The notes beneath the pieces are model-generated. The model ran no database searches and was not told the origin of the DNA. It saw only the letters and a program-made list of their open reading frames with translations. This document shows positions 8,905 through 18,119 of a stretch of DNA of 64,000 nt, in pieces. Positions within the stretch are counted from its first letter, which is position 1. Each line of letters opens with the position of its first letter. This DNA is from a virus. Where the stretch lies: the IMG/VR virus record IMGVR_UViG_3300027974_000032, positions 11,015 through 75,014 of that record; one strand, written 5' to 3'. The translations under genes were made by a program, and so were the position numbers.

Positions 8905-9486
8905 TTATTCTCCTATGTATTGTTCTGGTACTATATCAATAATCATATGAATTCTATCCTCATGACTATTATTTGTTACGTAGTGGACTTTGCTATTATT
9001 AATTTCCCAGCACTCTCCAACTTTCATATTAATACTTTCTTCATCAACGTGAAACATAACATCTTTATTTGTTTTTAATGGGATATGGTGTCTTCTTACT
9101 ATTCCCAAATATTTTGATTCGTCTGCGTGTGGAATAATATCACTATCTGGAAGTAGTTTAACTATCATGGCAAGCGATGCTTTTCCATTATGAACAACCT
9201 CAAGGTCTTTCATTATTTTATCTGCAATAGATAAAACATGCACACTATTTGCTAAAGGGAATACTGCCAACTTTTCATGTGGTTCCCATCCTGGCTTAAA
9301 AGATCTTAAATAGTATGTATTTGTATTCATATGAACACTATTTGGCTGATTTTGTCTAGATGTATCAAGTCTCCACTCAGTTGTAAACTTGCCTACTATT
9401 TCTGACAACTCTGATACATCATAGGACCTTATAAGATTAAAGTTAAAATCCTCATTTAATTTGTTGTATGCATTCATACTAATCAT
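8905..9486 (-). CDS. aspartyl/asparaginyl beta-hydroxylase-like 2OG oxygenase
   Basis: I.PHAD...RRHHIPL.T...GECWEINN...H.V.N....RIH..ID. Confidence 0.85.
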   Translation of the reverse strand: MISMNAYNKLNEDFNFNLIRSYDVSELSEIVGKFTTEWRLDTSRQNQPNSVHMNTNTYYLRSFKPGWEPHEKLAVFPLANSVHVLSIADKIMKDLEVVHNGKASLAMIVKLLPDSDIIPHADESKYLGIVRRHHIPLKTNKDVMFHVDEESINMKVGECWEINNSKVHYVTNNSHEDRIHMIIDIVPEQYIGE

Positions 9487-10111
9487 TATACCCTAAAGCC
9501 CTAAACTCCCAAGACCAATCATGGGCAATCATATCTAAATAAACAGTTGAAAAAACATCTTTATAATTTATGCCTTTGGGCCTATAGGCTTTTTCATTAG
9601 CAGTTACATTAATGGTTGGCAAACCATGCAATGGAAGAATTCTATTAATCTCTTGCTCAAGACCTTTTTCATGCCTCAATATATCTGTTACTGCTATCTC
9701 TCCATTGACCGTATAGATATCCTTTGTACTTTTCATCCAAGGTCCATTGCTAAACTGATTATTAAAATAGTAATCAACTAGCCTATCTTGCTCTAGTTTG
9801 CTAAGTGAATTCCAATGAACATTTATTATTTCAGATCTAAAGAAAAAATCAGAAAGAACCATTTCGTATGGATGTCTAACTATCGTATAAGACTTTACAC
9901 CAGATAAATCAAGTTCTTGATTTGCCTCGAGCCATGTTGTATGATTAACAAACTTTCCAAAGTTTCTTGGTCTATGCTCTTTATTGGGTGGATTGATCAA
10001 GGTAACAACTGCAGAGTCTGGTAAAATTTTTGATAACTCTACCTCAAGAGAAGTACTACCAACTTTCATATTTTTGATTAACAGAAAGTTATGGTCTTTA
10101 GAAAAGATCAT
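9479..10111 (-). CDS. sulfotransferase family protein
   Basis: KVGSTS (5'-PSB loop), VRHPYE...S (3'-PB motif), C-terminal D...F..LGY. Confidence 0.8.
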   Translation of the reverse strand: MIFSKDHNFLLIKNMKVGSTSLEVELSKILPDSAVVTLINPPNKEHRPRNFGKFVNHTTWLEANQELDLSGVKSYTIVRHPYEMVLSDFFFRSEIINVHWNSLSKLEQDRLVDYYFNNQFSNGPWMKSTKDIYTVNGEIAVTDILRHEKGLEQEINRILPLHGLPTINVTANEKAYRPKGINYKDVFSTVYLDMIAHDWSWEFRALGYND

Positions 10112-10112
10112 T

Positions 10113-10355
10113 TTACCAAGTTTCAGTTTCTGGCTTTTTGATTAACTTATCACGTTCATCGGTAATTGTTATTGCAAATCCCATCATTTTTTCATACGAA
10201 AGAGGATTGTCCATAATTTTGTTATAGTGATGACCACAAAATAAAAGTTCTCCATTGAGTCCAACTACCTGAACTAATGCCTCTGCCTGACAAGAGTCAC
10301 AGCGATCCAATGGGGTAAGGATATACTTACTCTCTTCTTTCATATCGGTAATCAT
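10113..10355 (-). CDS. actinobacterial-type small Zn-binding protein
   Basis: LTPLDRCDSC.A.A.V......GELLFCGHH. Confidence 0.7.
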   Translation of the reverse strand: MITDMKEESKYILTPLDRCDSCQAEALVQVVGLNGELLFCGHHYNKIMDNPLSYEKMMGFAITITDERDKLIKKPETETW

Positions 10356-10873
10356 ATTAGTTTCTCCTTTTTATTATACTCTTCTTTTATTGTTTTATTT
10401 GATAAAATTCTTTCATCTATAATATTTTTAGGTTCTGCATACAAAAAGTTGTTAGATAGTGACCTGTAATGCGTTTTTCTCCAATGAAAATTGCAAAAAA
10501 ACTTATCTTCTCCTACTTGGTCATTAATAATTTTTACAAATGCTTCTTCTTCACACCAGCATAGTTCGCTAAAAGTTCTAACTGTTGCTTTTTTGTCAAA
10601 TGTGTCCTTTATGCTTTCAAGTTTTTCAACAACATATTTTTCAATTTCTGGCCATAGGTTGGGGGTAGAGTCATTCGTCATGTTTCTTTCATAGATGTAA
10701 TGAAAGTCACATAAAAACCTTTTTCCTCTAGAGCCTTCTAGGTAAACAAGTGCAGGAGCAACACACGAAGTACTCATCATATTTACAAACTCTGGCTTTA
10801 TTGCTTTATATGATAAGGAGACCATTGGATCAAAGGCCTCGCAGGTTTGTCCATCTGGAATTTCTTTTATCAT
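10352..10873 (-). CDS. hypothetical protein with two C...FC..H repeats
   Basis: C..PALV...RFLCDFHY and CWC...AFV...KFFCNFHW. Confidence 0.65.
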   Translation of the reverse strand: MIKEIPDGQTCEAFDPMVSLSYKAIKPEFVNMMSTSCVAPALVYLEGSRGKRFLCDFHYIYERNMTNDSTPNLWPEIEKYVVEKLESIKDTFDKKATVRTFSELCWCEEEAFVKIINDQVGEDKFFCNFHWRKTHYRSLSNNFLYAEPKNIIDERILSNKTIKEEYNKKEKLI

Positions 10874-11055
10874 TTTTTCCTATTGTCAGTGGAGTAGAAA
10901 CCACTCCCATTGAATACTGCTCCTATAATAGAGTATACACGAGTTAGATCTGAATTGCAAGTTTCACACTTATACCCTGGATCATTGTCAGAGATAGATC
11001 GCTCTTTAATAAAATTATCATTGCAAGTACTACAATTATATTCATAAATAGCCAT
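10870..11055 (-). CDS. FmdB-family zinc ribbon protein
   Basis: M.IYEY.C..C...C..C...L.RVYS...F.GSGFYSTD. Confidence 0.9.
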   Translation of the reverse strand: MAIYEYNCSTCNDNFIKERSISDNDPGYKCETCNSDLTRVYSIIGAVFNGSGFYSTDNRKK

Positions 11056-11060
11056 AAATA

Positions 11061-11168
11061 TTACTTCTTCTTTTTTGCTTTTACTGTCCAGTATGGTAAC
11101 TTAAGGTTATCTCCAGACCATTCATAACCAAGCAACTTGACAACAAATTTAATAATTTTAATTCTCAT
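11061..11168 (-). CDS. small basic protein, 35 aa (not in ORF track)
   Basis: MRIKIIKFVVKLLGYEWSGDNLKLPYWTVKAKKKK; AAGGAG RBS, TAATG coupling. Confidence 0.6.
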   Translation of the reverse strand: MRIKIIKFVVKLLGYEWSGDNLKLPYWTVKAKKKK

Positions 11169-11368
11169 TATTTAACTCCTTTCCCAAACTTTGCCCATAA
11201 TCTTTCATGTACAAAATATCCTAGTGACTCAATTGCAATGTATAGAATTGCTCCCAAACCTGCATACTCCCATTCACCAGTAAATATATATATTATTCCT
11301 GCAAGGACAACAAGATGAAATGTTTCCCAACTCAATGTCTTTATGGATGTTCTTCTCTTTGACTCCAT
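11168..11368 (-). CDS. DUF2061 membrane protein
   Basis: RT.IKTLSW...YFVHERLW. Confidence 0.8.
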   Translation of the reverse strand: MESKRRTSIKTLSWETFHLVVLAGIIYIFTGEWEYAGLGAILYIAIESLGYFVHERLWAKFGKGVK

Positions 11369-12015
11369 TACTTGGTCACTGTCTTACTTCCGCCACCTGA
11401 AGACTTTGATTTAACTGGCTTTGCGGTTGCAGACTTCTTTGCAGCATCTGGAGATGTAGCATTAACTGGAGTTGCTGACAACTTGTTTAGCAATGAAGCA
11501 TTTTCTTCACCAGCATATACTGGACGACCCCAACCAACTACTGCATTTAGCAACTTCTTTTTATTATTCTTTACATAACCACGAGTTTTTTCTACACACA
11601 TTCCACCATTGCGCTGGTCTCCCTTTGCAGTTCCTGAAGTGTTTCCTTCAATAACCTGAATTGTTCCGTCACCATTATTCTTAATGCAAAGACCAACGTG
11701 AGAAATGCGGTTTACACCATCATCTGGAAAATCAAAATAAATCCAGTCTCCTGCCTGTGGATCATCATTTCGAGCATCTGACCAACGCTCAGCCTTCTTG
11801 AACCAATCTGATGCTGCAACTGTTGATGCAGACTTGGGGAATGATTTTACCCCTGATGTAAATGCACACCATGAAACAAATGACTGGCACCATGGTTGAA
11901 AGTTTACCTTAATCCATGCACCGTACTTTGTTTCGTTATCTTTTGGACCCTCAATGGTTCCTAATTCTTTCTTTGCAATTTCGATGATTGCTTCTACTGA
12001 TCCTTTTGTTGCCAT
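11368..12015 (-). CDS. CHAP-domain peptidoglycan hydrolase (endolysin candidate)
   Basis: N.TKYG.W....PWC..FVSW, GD...F, SHVGL, IEGNT. Confidence 0.85.
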   Translation of the reverse strand: MATKGSVEAIIEIAKKELGTIEGPKDNETKYGAWIKVNFQPWCQSFVSWCAFTSGVKSFPKSASTVAASDWFKKAERWSDARNDDPQAGDWIYFDFPDDGVNRISHVGLCIKNNGDGTIQVIEGNTSGTAKGDQRNGGMCVEKTRGYVKNNKKKLLNAVVGWGRPVYAGEENASLLNKLSATPVNATSPDAAKKSATAKPVKSKSSGGGSKTVTK

Positions 12016-12040
12016 GTTACCCTCCTATAGGTTTATATCT

Positions 12041-12069
12041 ATTATATCATTCATATTGCTTTGTGTCAA
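12041..12069 (-). promoter_or_regulatory. consensus sigma70/SigA promoter upstream of the CHAP gene
   Basis: TTGACA-17-TATAAT with extended TG; AGGAGG RBS downstream. Confidence 0.85.
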
Positions 12070-12940
12070 TCAACCCAAGAAATCCTTTGGACCATAAGTA
12101 ATGGTATAAGTATCCAAGGTGACCATCTCTTTTACGCTCCCAGTCATCTCTTGGCTCTATGTTTTTAAGAAAAAAGTCTATATTTGATTTTATAAAAACT
12201 TCAGGATCTGGCATTTCTATAAAATTTTTAAATATTTTTGCATTTTTATAATTAACTGCATCTTCGTCATCCCATGTCGACCAAGCCAATTGAATATTGT
12301 TTGTAGCACAATAGTCTTCAAAAAGTTTTATGAGCATTGTAAATACAATAAAGTTTGACCTTTGTTCTTCAGTAGTTATTTTTCTTTTCCAGGTTGATTC
12401 AGGCTCTATATCTTCTGCACTGTTTGGCATTGACCCATAATATTGAAATATTTCAACATCTTTATTTTGCTCTTTCCATTTATAAAACCTGCCAATATTT
12501 GGAAATAATATAAAAATTTTATCTGGTTTTCCATAATTATTAATATAAGACATTATGTTTGATATTATTATGTCATATCCCCATCCATGTCTTGCAACAT
12601 TAAAAAATCCAGAAAGTTTGCTATTTTTTAATAAATGACTATATGTCATGTATGACCAACAAGATTCTAAACTTCCACCAACCCCCTCTGTTGCTGAGCA
12701 CCCAGCGAAAAGAACATGATCTCCATTGTGAACACTATTAAACTCATCAGATCTAAATCCAAAAGAGTTGTAAGAGTATCTGATTGTGTCGTCAAACTTT
12801 ATCTTTTTACTATTGGTAAATTCTCCAGCAGCAACAAACTCTTCTTCTGGCTTACGGATAGTTTTGTCTAATTCATTAAAAAATAGCGCATTGACTATTT
12901 CATTTTTTTGAATTGGGCTCATGAGATAATCTTTTGGCAT
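12047..12940 (-). CDS. SGNH-hydrolase-like protein
   Basis: YN..GFRS.EF, FAGCSATEG.G, N.A..G, DGH.G...H. Confidence 0.6.
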   Translation of the reverse strand: MPKDYLMSPIQKNEIVNALFFNELDKTIRKPEEEFVAAGEFTNSKKIKFDDTIRYSYNSFGFRSDEFNSVHNGDHVLFAGCSATEGVGGSLESCWSYMTYSHLLKNSKLSGFFNVARHGWGYDIIISNIMSYINNYGKPDKIFILFPNIGRFYKWKEQNKDVEIFQYYGSMPNSAEDIEPESTWKRKITTEEQRSNFIVFTMLIKLFEDYCATNNIQLAWSTWDDEDAVNYKNAKIFKNFIEMPDPEVFIKSNIDFFLKNIEPRDDWERKRDGHLGYLYHYLWSKGFLGLIDTKQYE

Positions 12941-12944
12941 AAAC

Positions 12945-14369
12945 CTATACTATAATTTTTGTATTATAGTTTGACTCCCATTCAGCAATATCTAACTCAT
13001 CATTTAGTAGTGGTTGTCCCTTAATATTTAGGCTAGTATTTAAAAGAACTGGCACTCCAGTTTCTAGATAGAATTTATTAAGCAATCTCCACAGTCCAGG
13101 GTGATCTTTTTTATTCACAGTCTGAACTCTTGATGTTCCGTCAGCATGCACGACAGATGGTATTTTTTCTGGTTGTAAGCACTTTACCGTATACTGCATA
13201 TAGGGACTTGAAAAATCCATATCAAACCATTTACTTGCATGCTCTTCCATAACCACAGGAGCAAACGGTCTAAACTGCTCCCTCTGTTTAATTTTATTTA
13301 CTTTGTTTTTTATGTCTGGGTCTCTAGGATCTGCCAATATACTTCTATTTCCTAGTGCTCTTGGTCCAAACTCTGCTCTTCCTACTGCTACTACTGCTAT
13401 CTTATCTTTTTTCAATGCTTCAAAAATTTTATCTACTGGATAATCTCCACCAAGGTCATGACCAAGATATGGCCCCTTCCACTCTAGATGTTTTCCGTAT
13501 AGTGCTGCTGCTGCCCCTAAAGAACTTCCAGCATCACCTGGGTTGGGCATAATCCAAATCATATCAAAAATGTTCCATAGTAAAGTATTTGCTGAAGAGT
13601 TTAATGCACATCCACCCATAAATACTAAATTCTTTTTACCAGTAATAGAATAAGCCATATGCATAAAATCATTTAGTCTTTGCTGATAAACAACTTGAAC
13701 GGCTGCTGCAATGTCAAATCTATCTTGTTGATTTATATGCATGCCCCAGTCGGTAATTCCTTTATGAAAATTATACTTTTGCTGATTATGTCTAGGAAAG
13801 TATTCATCAACTTCTTTATAGTATCTCTTCCAGTCCCCATAAGCAGCCATACCCATCATAATATATTCTTCTTGATTTGGCATCAAACCAATTAATTGTG
13901 TGAATGCTGAATAAAATAACCCAAAACTAACAGGATAGTTTTGTTTATATTTTAACCTAATCTTATCACCTTCTCCAATCCAAATTGTAGAAGTATTATA
14001 CTCACCCATAGCATCAAGCACTACAATGACTGCATCATTAAAATCGCTTGTATAGTATCCCGCTGCTGCATGGGAATAGTGATGGCTAAAAGATTTTCTA
14101 GGTATAGAGTCAAGATAAAACTTGGGCTTCCAGTCCCCACAGCCACCCTTTAAAAATAGCCTAGAGGCTTTTAGAAGGGGTTTTTCATAGTAGGCAATAT
14201 AGTCTGGTGCACCATAGGATAATGCATCTTTTACTAAACTATTATTGATGTACCAATCATTTTTTTCTTTACTATATCTTTCTGCATGCCCAGCAAAAAG
14301 GATCTCTCCATCTTTAATTAAAGACAGGGAGGCATCATGAGATGTCTCATTGACTCCTAAAATTATCAT
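12945..14369 (-). CDS. carbamoyltransferase (NodU/CmcH family); start refined to ATG 14369
   Basis: ILG.....HDAS, ERY...K, HH.SHAA, GGCALN, GDAG, EFGPRALGNRSILADP, RE.FRPFAP, H.DGTSRVQTV, LLNTS.N. Confidence 0.95.
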   Translation of the reverse strand: MIILGVNETSHDASLSLIKDGEILFAGHAERYSKEKNDWYINNSLVKDALSYGAPDYIAYYEKPLLKASRLFLKGGCGDWKPKFYLDSIPRKSFSHHYSHAAAGYYTSDFNDAVIVVLDAMGEYNTSTIWIGEGDKIRLKYKQNYPVSFGLFYSAFTQLIGLMPNQEEYIMMGMAAYGDWKRYYKEVDEYFPRHNQQKYNFHKGITDWGMHINQQDRFDIAAAVQVVYQQRLNDFMHMAYSITGKKNLVFMGGCALNSSANTLLWNIFDMIWIMPNPGDAGSSLGAAAALYGKHLEWKGPYLGHDLGGDYPVDKIFEALKKDKIAVVAVGRAEFGPRALGNRSILADPRDPDIKNKVNKIKQREQFRPFAPVVMEEHASKWFDMDFSSPYMQYTVKCLQPEKIPSVVHADGTSRVQTVNKKDHPGLWRLLNKFYLETGVPVLLNTSLNIKGQPLLNDELDIAEWESNYNTKIIV

Positions 14370-14374
14370 ATGTA

Positions 14375-14386
14375 TATGGTACCATA
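14375..14386. promoter_or_regulatory. palindromic bidirectional extended -10 element
   Basis: TATGGTACCATA reads TGG-TACCAT on both strands, between divergent genes. Confidence 0.6.
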
Positions 14387-14418
14387 AATACATAGGCATC
14401 AGAATTAGAGGCAACAAT

Positions 14419-15249
14419 ATGAACGTAAATGTTTTAAGGTTTTATAATAAAACTCCATTTAATCAATATAATTCTATAAAAAAGGAATCTCTTTCCACTC
14501 AATTTACCAACCCAGCGAACCTCATCCCTATTTTATATAAAATAAACTATGATAATGAAATCCTTGAGATGGGTTCTGGTGCTGGATGGTTAATCAATGG
14601 GTTGGCATATCACAACAATGCCTTTGGTCTTGGGGTTGATTTTAATAAAAAGGCAGTAAAAATCTCAAATAAAGTATCTAATAAATTAAATTTAAACACA
14701 AGGTTTATTGAAGAAGATATCTTTAGTTTTGCAAAAAAATCTGAAACAAGGTTTAAAACAATAATATCTTTTGGTGCATTGCACCATACTGAAGATTGCC
14801 ATGAAGCAATTAAATTAATCGTAGAAAATCTTTTAGAGAAAGATGGTGTATTGATTTTAGGTCTTTATCATAGTTATGAAAGAAAGCCATTCTTAGATTA
14901 TTTTAATCATTTAAAGCAAACTGGACTATCTAATAAAAAACTATTTAATTACTACAAAAAACTAAAACATAAAAACTTTATTACCAAAGATAAATCTTTA
15001 ATTAAGTCAATCTTTAATGACCAGGTACTACACCCACATGAAACACAGCATTCTTTTGTTGAGATAAAAGAACTTTTAGAAAACCTTGACTGCACAGTAA
15101 TTAAAACATCAATTAACAACTATAAAGATATAGTTGGAGATGAAGACTGGAACTCTATAGAGAACATAATTTTAAAAAATGCACAGGTAGATATTGATAA
15201 CTTTATCTTTAATCCTGGTCTATTTACAATTAAGGCAGTTAAAAACTAA
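14419..15249 (+). CDS. class I SAM-dependent methyltransferase; the only + strand gene (start refined to ATG 14419)
   Basis: ILEMGSGAGW, GVDFN, EEDIF, IISFGALHH, GVLILGLY; AGAGG RBS. Confidence 0.9.
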   Translation: MNVNVLRFYNKTPFNQYNSIKKESLSTQFTNPANLIPILYKINYDNEILEMGSGAGWLINGLAYHNNAFGLGVDFNKKAVKISNKVSNKLNLNTRFIEEDIFSFAKKSETRFKTIISFGALHHTEDCHEAIKLIVENLLEKDGVLILGLYHSYERKPFLDYFNHLKQTGLSNKKLFNYYKKLKHKNFITKDKSLIKSIFNDQVLHPHETQHSFVEIKELLENLDCTVIKTSINNYKDIVGDEDWNSIENIILKNAQVDIDNFIFNPGLFTIKAVKN

Positions 15250-15332
15250 TATATAAACCTATTATTTTTAAAACTTCTTTTTACTTTTTTAATAATAAAG
15301 TAAAGTTTTATTTTTCTTATAAGTTTTCTCAT
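15246..15332 (-). CDS. 28-aa basic peptide ending RFIY (not in ORF track)
   Basis: MRKLIRKIKLYFIIKKVKRSFKNNRFIY; ATGA overlap with the upstream oxygenase stop. Confidence 0.55.
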   Translation of the reverse strand: MRKLIRKIKLYFIIKKVKRSFKNNRFIY

Positions 15333-15988
15333 TCTTCACCAGTTGAATTAACCATGCTTTTCATGTTGTGGAACCAGTGAGGAAGAGAGTACCTTGATCC
15401 AGAAGTAATGGGATACACCTCATGAACATATAAAAAGTTCGATGGAAAGAATATAATGCTTCCTGCAGGTGGTTTAATCTTTACATTAGAGTTTCTAAAC
15501 TCTATCTCTCCACCTTCATAGTCATCATTTAGGTATGAAACAGTAGATAAAACTCTGCTACTAACTCCGTGATCTTGGTGTGCTGGTAAGTGTCCACCAA
15601 CATCATATCTTAAAAGATGAATGCTGTATTCTCTATTTTTAATATTTTGATTTGCAAATGGATATAAAACTTTTGTATAGTGCTCAGTTGCTTTATCAAG
15701 TGCTGAGTACAGTCGTTGTGAAACAGAGTACTGATCATCATAATAAAAATCTTGTTTATTAAGTGTTTCTGGTTTTTGGAAAAACTTTTGATGACAAAAC
15801 GTCATATTATTATCTGACCAATCTATCCAAGGCTTTACCTCTGTCATTGCTGTCCCATGTTCTCCAGACATAAACCTCTTATCAATACTATTAACTTTTT
15901 CTATTACTTCTGCTGGATCTTCTATTATGTTCTTGTATAAAACAAGTCCAAGGTCTAGAACCTCATAATCAAATTCTTGTAAATTCAC
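15329..15988 (-). CDS. prolyl-4-hydroxylase-like 2OG-Fe(II) oxygenase
   Basis: LLRY..GG..PAHQD, YLNDDYEGGEI.F, FPS..Y.HEV.PITSG.RY. Confidence 0.9.
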   Translation of the reverse strand: MNLQEFDYEVLDLGLVLYKNIIEDPAEVIEKVNSIDKRFMSGEHGTAMTEVKPWIDWSDNNMTFCHQKFFQKPETLNKQDFYYDDQYSVSQRLYSALDKATEHYTKVLYPFANQNIKNREYSIHLLRYDVGGHLPAHQDHGVSSRVLSTVSYLNDDYEGGEIEFRNSNVKIKPPAGSIIFFPSNFLYVHEVYPITSGSRYSLPHWFHNMKSMVNSTGEE

Positions 15989-16562
15989 TTTCCCCCGCCT
16001 TCCATACTAAATCATCTTCTGGTGATAAGAAATCAGGGTCAGCATGCTTTGGCAAACTTGTATGCATGTATAGTGCTGTATGTCTTACTCCACCTGTTAC
16101 CGTTGTAATTCCATGTGCATACTCTGAACCCGCTGATGGGAAAAAGACCGCTGAATATTTTTTAGGCTTATAAACAAAATTTTGGTTTGGAAAATATATA
16201 TCTCCACCAGTAAACTCATCATTGAGATAAATAATTGTGCTCCATTCAATCCATGGTTCTGGATCCTGTGCGTCTAAGTGCAGGTCTCCTTTTTTCCCTG
16301 GATTCCAAATAGAACCAAATGCTTTAAAAACATATATTGGGTTTACAAAACCGTTAAGTTCTTTGTGCTTTTCATTGCTAATGTCTCCATACTTTTTTAA
16401 AAGATCTCTTGTTATTGGGTTGTATGGAAACGCTGTTCCACCAAACCTATCTTTGTAATAATCTGGATACGCTTCTGCTGAAGATGGACTGACTTGTTCT
16501 CTTATAAGAACATTGGCATCTTCTTCAGATATAAAATTATCAACTATGTGAACTCTATGCAT
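15969..16562 (-). CDS. prolyl-4-hydroxylase-like 2OG-Fe(II) oxygenase
   Basis: LHLD, YLNDEFTGGDIYF, FFPS....AHG...VTGG.R. Confidence 0.9.
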   Translation of the reverse strand: MHRVHIVDNFISEEDANVLIREQVSPSSAEAYPDYYKDRFGGTAFPYNPITRDLLKKYGDISNEKHKELNGFVNPIYVFKAFGSIWNPGKKGDLHLDAQDPEPWIEWSTIIYLNDEFTGGDIYFPNQNFVYKPKKYSAVFFPSAGSEYAHGITTVTGGVRHTALYMHTSLPKHADPDFLSPEDDLVWKAGESEFTRI

Positions 16563-16585
16563 GTTTACTCCCTGTTATCATTATA

Positions 16586-17413
16586 CTATACAATCTGAAC
16601 ACCATTATACCCGCTTAAAAATCTTGGAACATCTAACTCTTCTAGACTAATCTTAAAACTTAGATATTCTACATCATCTATTTCATATGGCAGTTTTGTC
16701 AATTTAGACAACTGAATACCATGAAAATCTTCAAATGCTTTGTTATTTTTACTAACAATATACTTGAGCATTTTGTTGTATCCATGAATATTAGAGTAAG
16801 GTACATATGTATCCCTATTCTCCTGCTCTATTTGTGAATATGCTTTTGACGGAAGTGAGTAAATTCTATATCCAGCAGAAAGAAGTAGGCAAGACGCAAG
16901 TAGGTCTTGGCCCAAGTCTTTTAGCATATTTAATTTTGTTAATACCATAGCCTCCTTTGATCTTAAAAATAAAAAGTTTATATCGACAAAATTTGTTAGT
17001 TGCACCGATTGTGACTCTTCAGTATCAGTTAAAATTCTATGCCTATCTATTGACAATTTTGGTATTCCTTTTCCAGATACAACATCATTTTCTTTTAGTA
17101 CAGAACTAAGATATAGATCCCAAGAATTCATTATTGATATATTTGGATTAATTTCTAAAAAATAATCTGTTCTTTTTTCATTAAGGATACATGTATTTCT
17201 GTAGTATGCCATAGACTTATAGTCGTCCCAATGAATAAATTTATATATTACATTTGGAATGTCCTTAAAGTTAAAGTCTCTATCCACATTGTTTTGATCA
17301 AAAACATAGTATGAGACATCAAACATACTACTTTCCTTAGAAATAAGATCTTTGATTTGATCCAAAAGATTTTTATTTTTATAAGAATAAATAAAAACTT
17401 TTATAGACTTCAT
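16586..17413 (-). CDS. GT60 (Gnt1-like GlcNAc transferase)-like protein, possibly degenerate
   Basis: VFIYSYK..NL...DL.SK, YYRN...DYFLEI, WD..L, FLF, GQD.LAS...AGY.IY..P parallel the GT60 motif order; DSH is replaced by NPN. Confidence 0.5.
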   Translation of the reverse strand: MKSIKVFIYSYKNKNLLDQIKDLISKESSMFDVSYYVFDQNNVDRDFNFKDIPNVIYKFIHWDDYKSMAYYRNTCILNEKRTDYFLEINPNISIMNSWDLYLSSVLKENDVVSGKGIPKLSIDRHRILTDTEESQSVQLTNFVDINFLFLRSKEAMVLTKLNMLKDLGQDLLASCLLLSAGYRIYSLPSKAYSQIEQENRDTYVPYSNIHGYNKMLKYIVSKNNKAFEDFHGIQLSKLTKLPYEIDDVEYLSFKISLEELDVPRFLSGYNGVQIV

Positions 17414-17415
17414 AT

Positions 17416-18081
17416 CTATGCTAATGGGATCCAGTGTTGATGCTGATCATAGTCTTTGATAAAACGCAAAGGAACAATGTCATAGGCTAGGGTGATTCTT
17501 TGTCCATCCCAATCCCAATCTCCCTGTGCATGTGGGTGACCCATTTCAGACATAATCATTCTATTGTTCTTATTATGATTTTCTACAACCATATCTTCAC
17601 GATTTTCTAATTTATAGAATGTTGAAGATGGCTCTGCCTTAATGCAGTAGTAACCATGAAAAAATGGTGCCCATGGTCCACCATGATCATGCCAATCTAA
17701 CTTTCCAACTTTGCGATCATTGATATTAAACCAACCCTGAACATAATACTTTTCTCTTTTAAAGTCAACACCATAATAGTCGCAAGCCTCATGTACTAAA
17801 TCTTTTAGATTTGAGAAAACATTATAAATTTCTTCATTATAAAACTGGAACACGTTGTATTCGCTCCACTTTACTGTTGAAATACTTCCAGACTCTAGCC
17901 AAGATTCTTCACCCTTATGCCCAACAGGAGAAACTCCTCTTACTTTGGCATTACAAATATCATCATATAGTTTTGTTAAATAACTAGACATCTTATCAAG
18001 ATCATTATTTAGATATCTCTCAAAGAACATGTGTGGTTTATCATATTTCTTTGCTTGTGCGTATATGCCTTTATCTTGCAT
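17416..18081 (-). CDS. 2OG-Fe(II) oxygenase-like protein
   Basis: WFNIN, WHDH, FHGYY, PHA, RITLAYD. Confidence 0.75.
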   Translation of the reverse strand: MQDKGIYAQAKKYDKPHMFFERYLNNDLDKMSSYLTKLYDDICNAKVRGVSPVGHKGEESWLESGSISTVKWSEYNVFQFYNEEIYNVFSNLKDLVHEACDYYGVDFKREKYYVQGWFNINDRKVGKLDWHDHGGPWAPFFHGYYCIKAEPSSTFYKLENREDMVVENHNKNNRMIMSEMGHPHAQGDWDWDGQRITLAYDIVPLRFIKDYDQHQHWIPLA

Positions 18082-18119
18082 TTCTTTCTCCCTTTTCTAG
18101 AACTATTATCTATTATACA

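Noticed and set aside
14350-14417. Overlapping divergent N-termini given by the ORF track for the carbamoyltransferase and methyltransferase
   Set aside because: Family N-terminus, -10 spacing and SD position place the starts at 14369 (-) and 14419 (+), so there is no overlap
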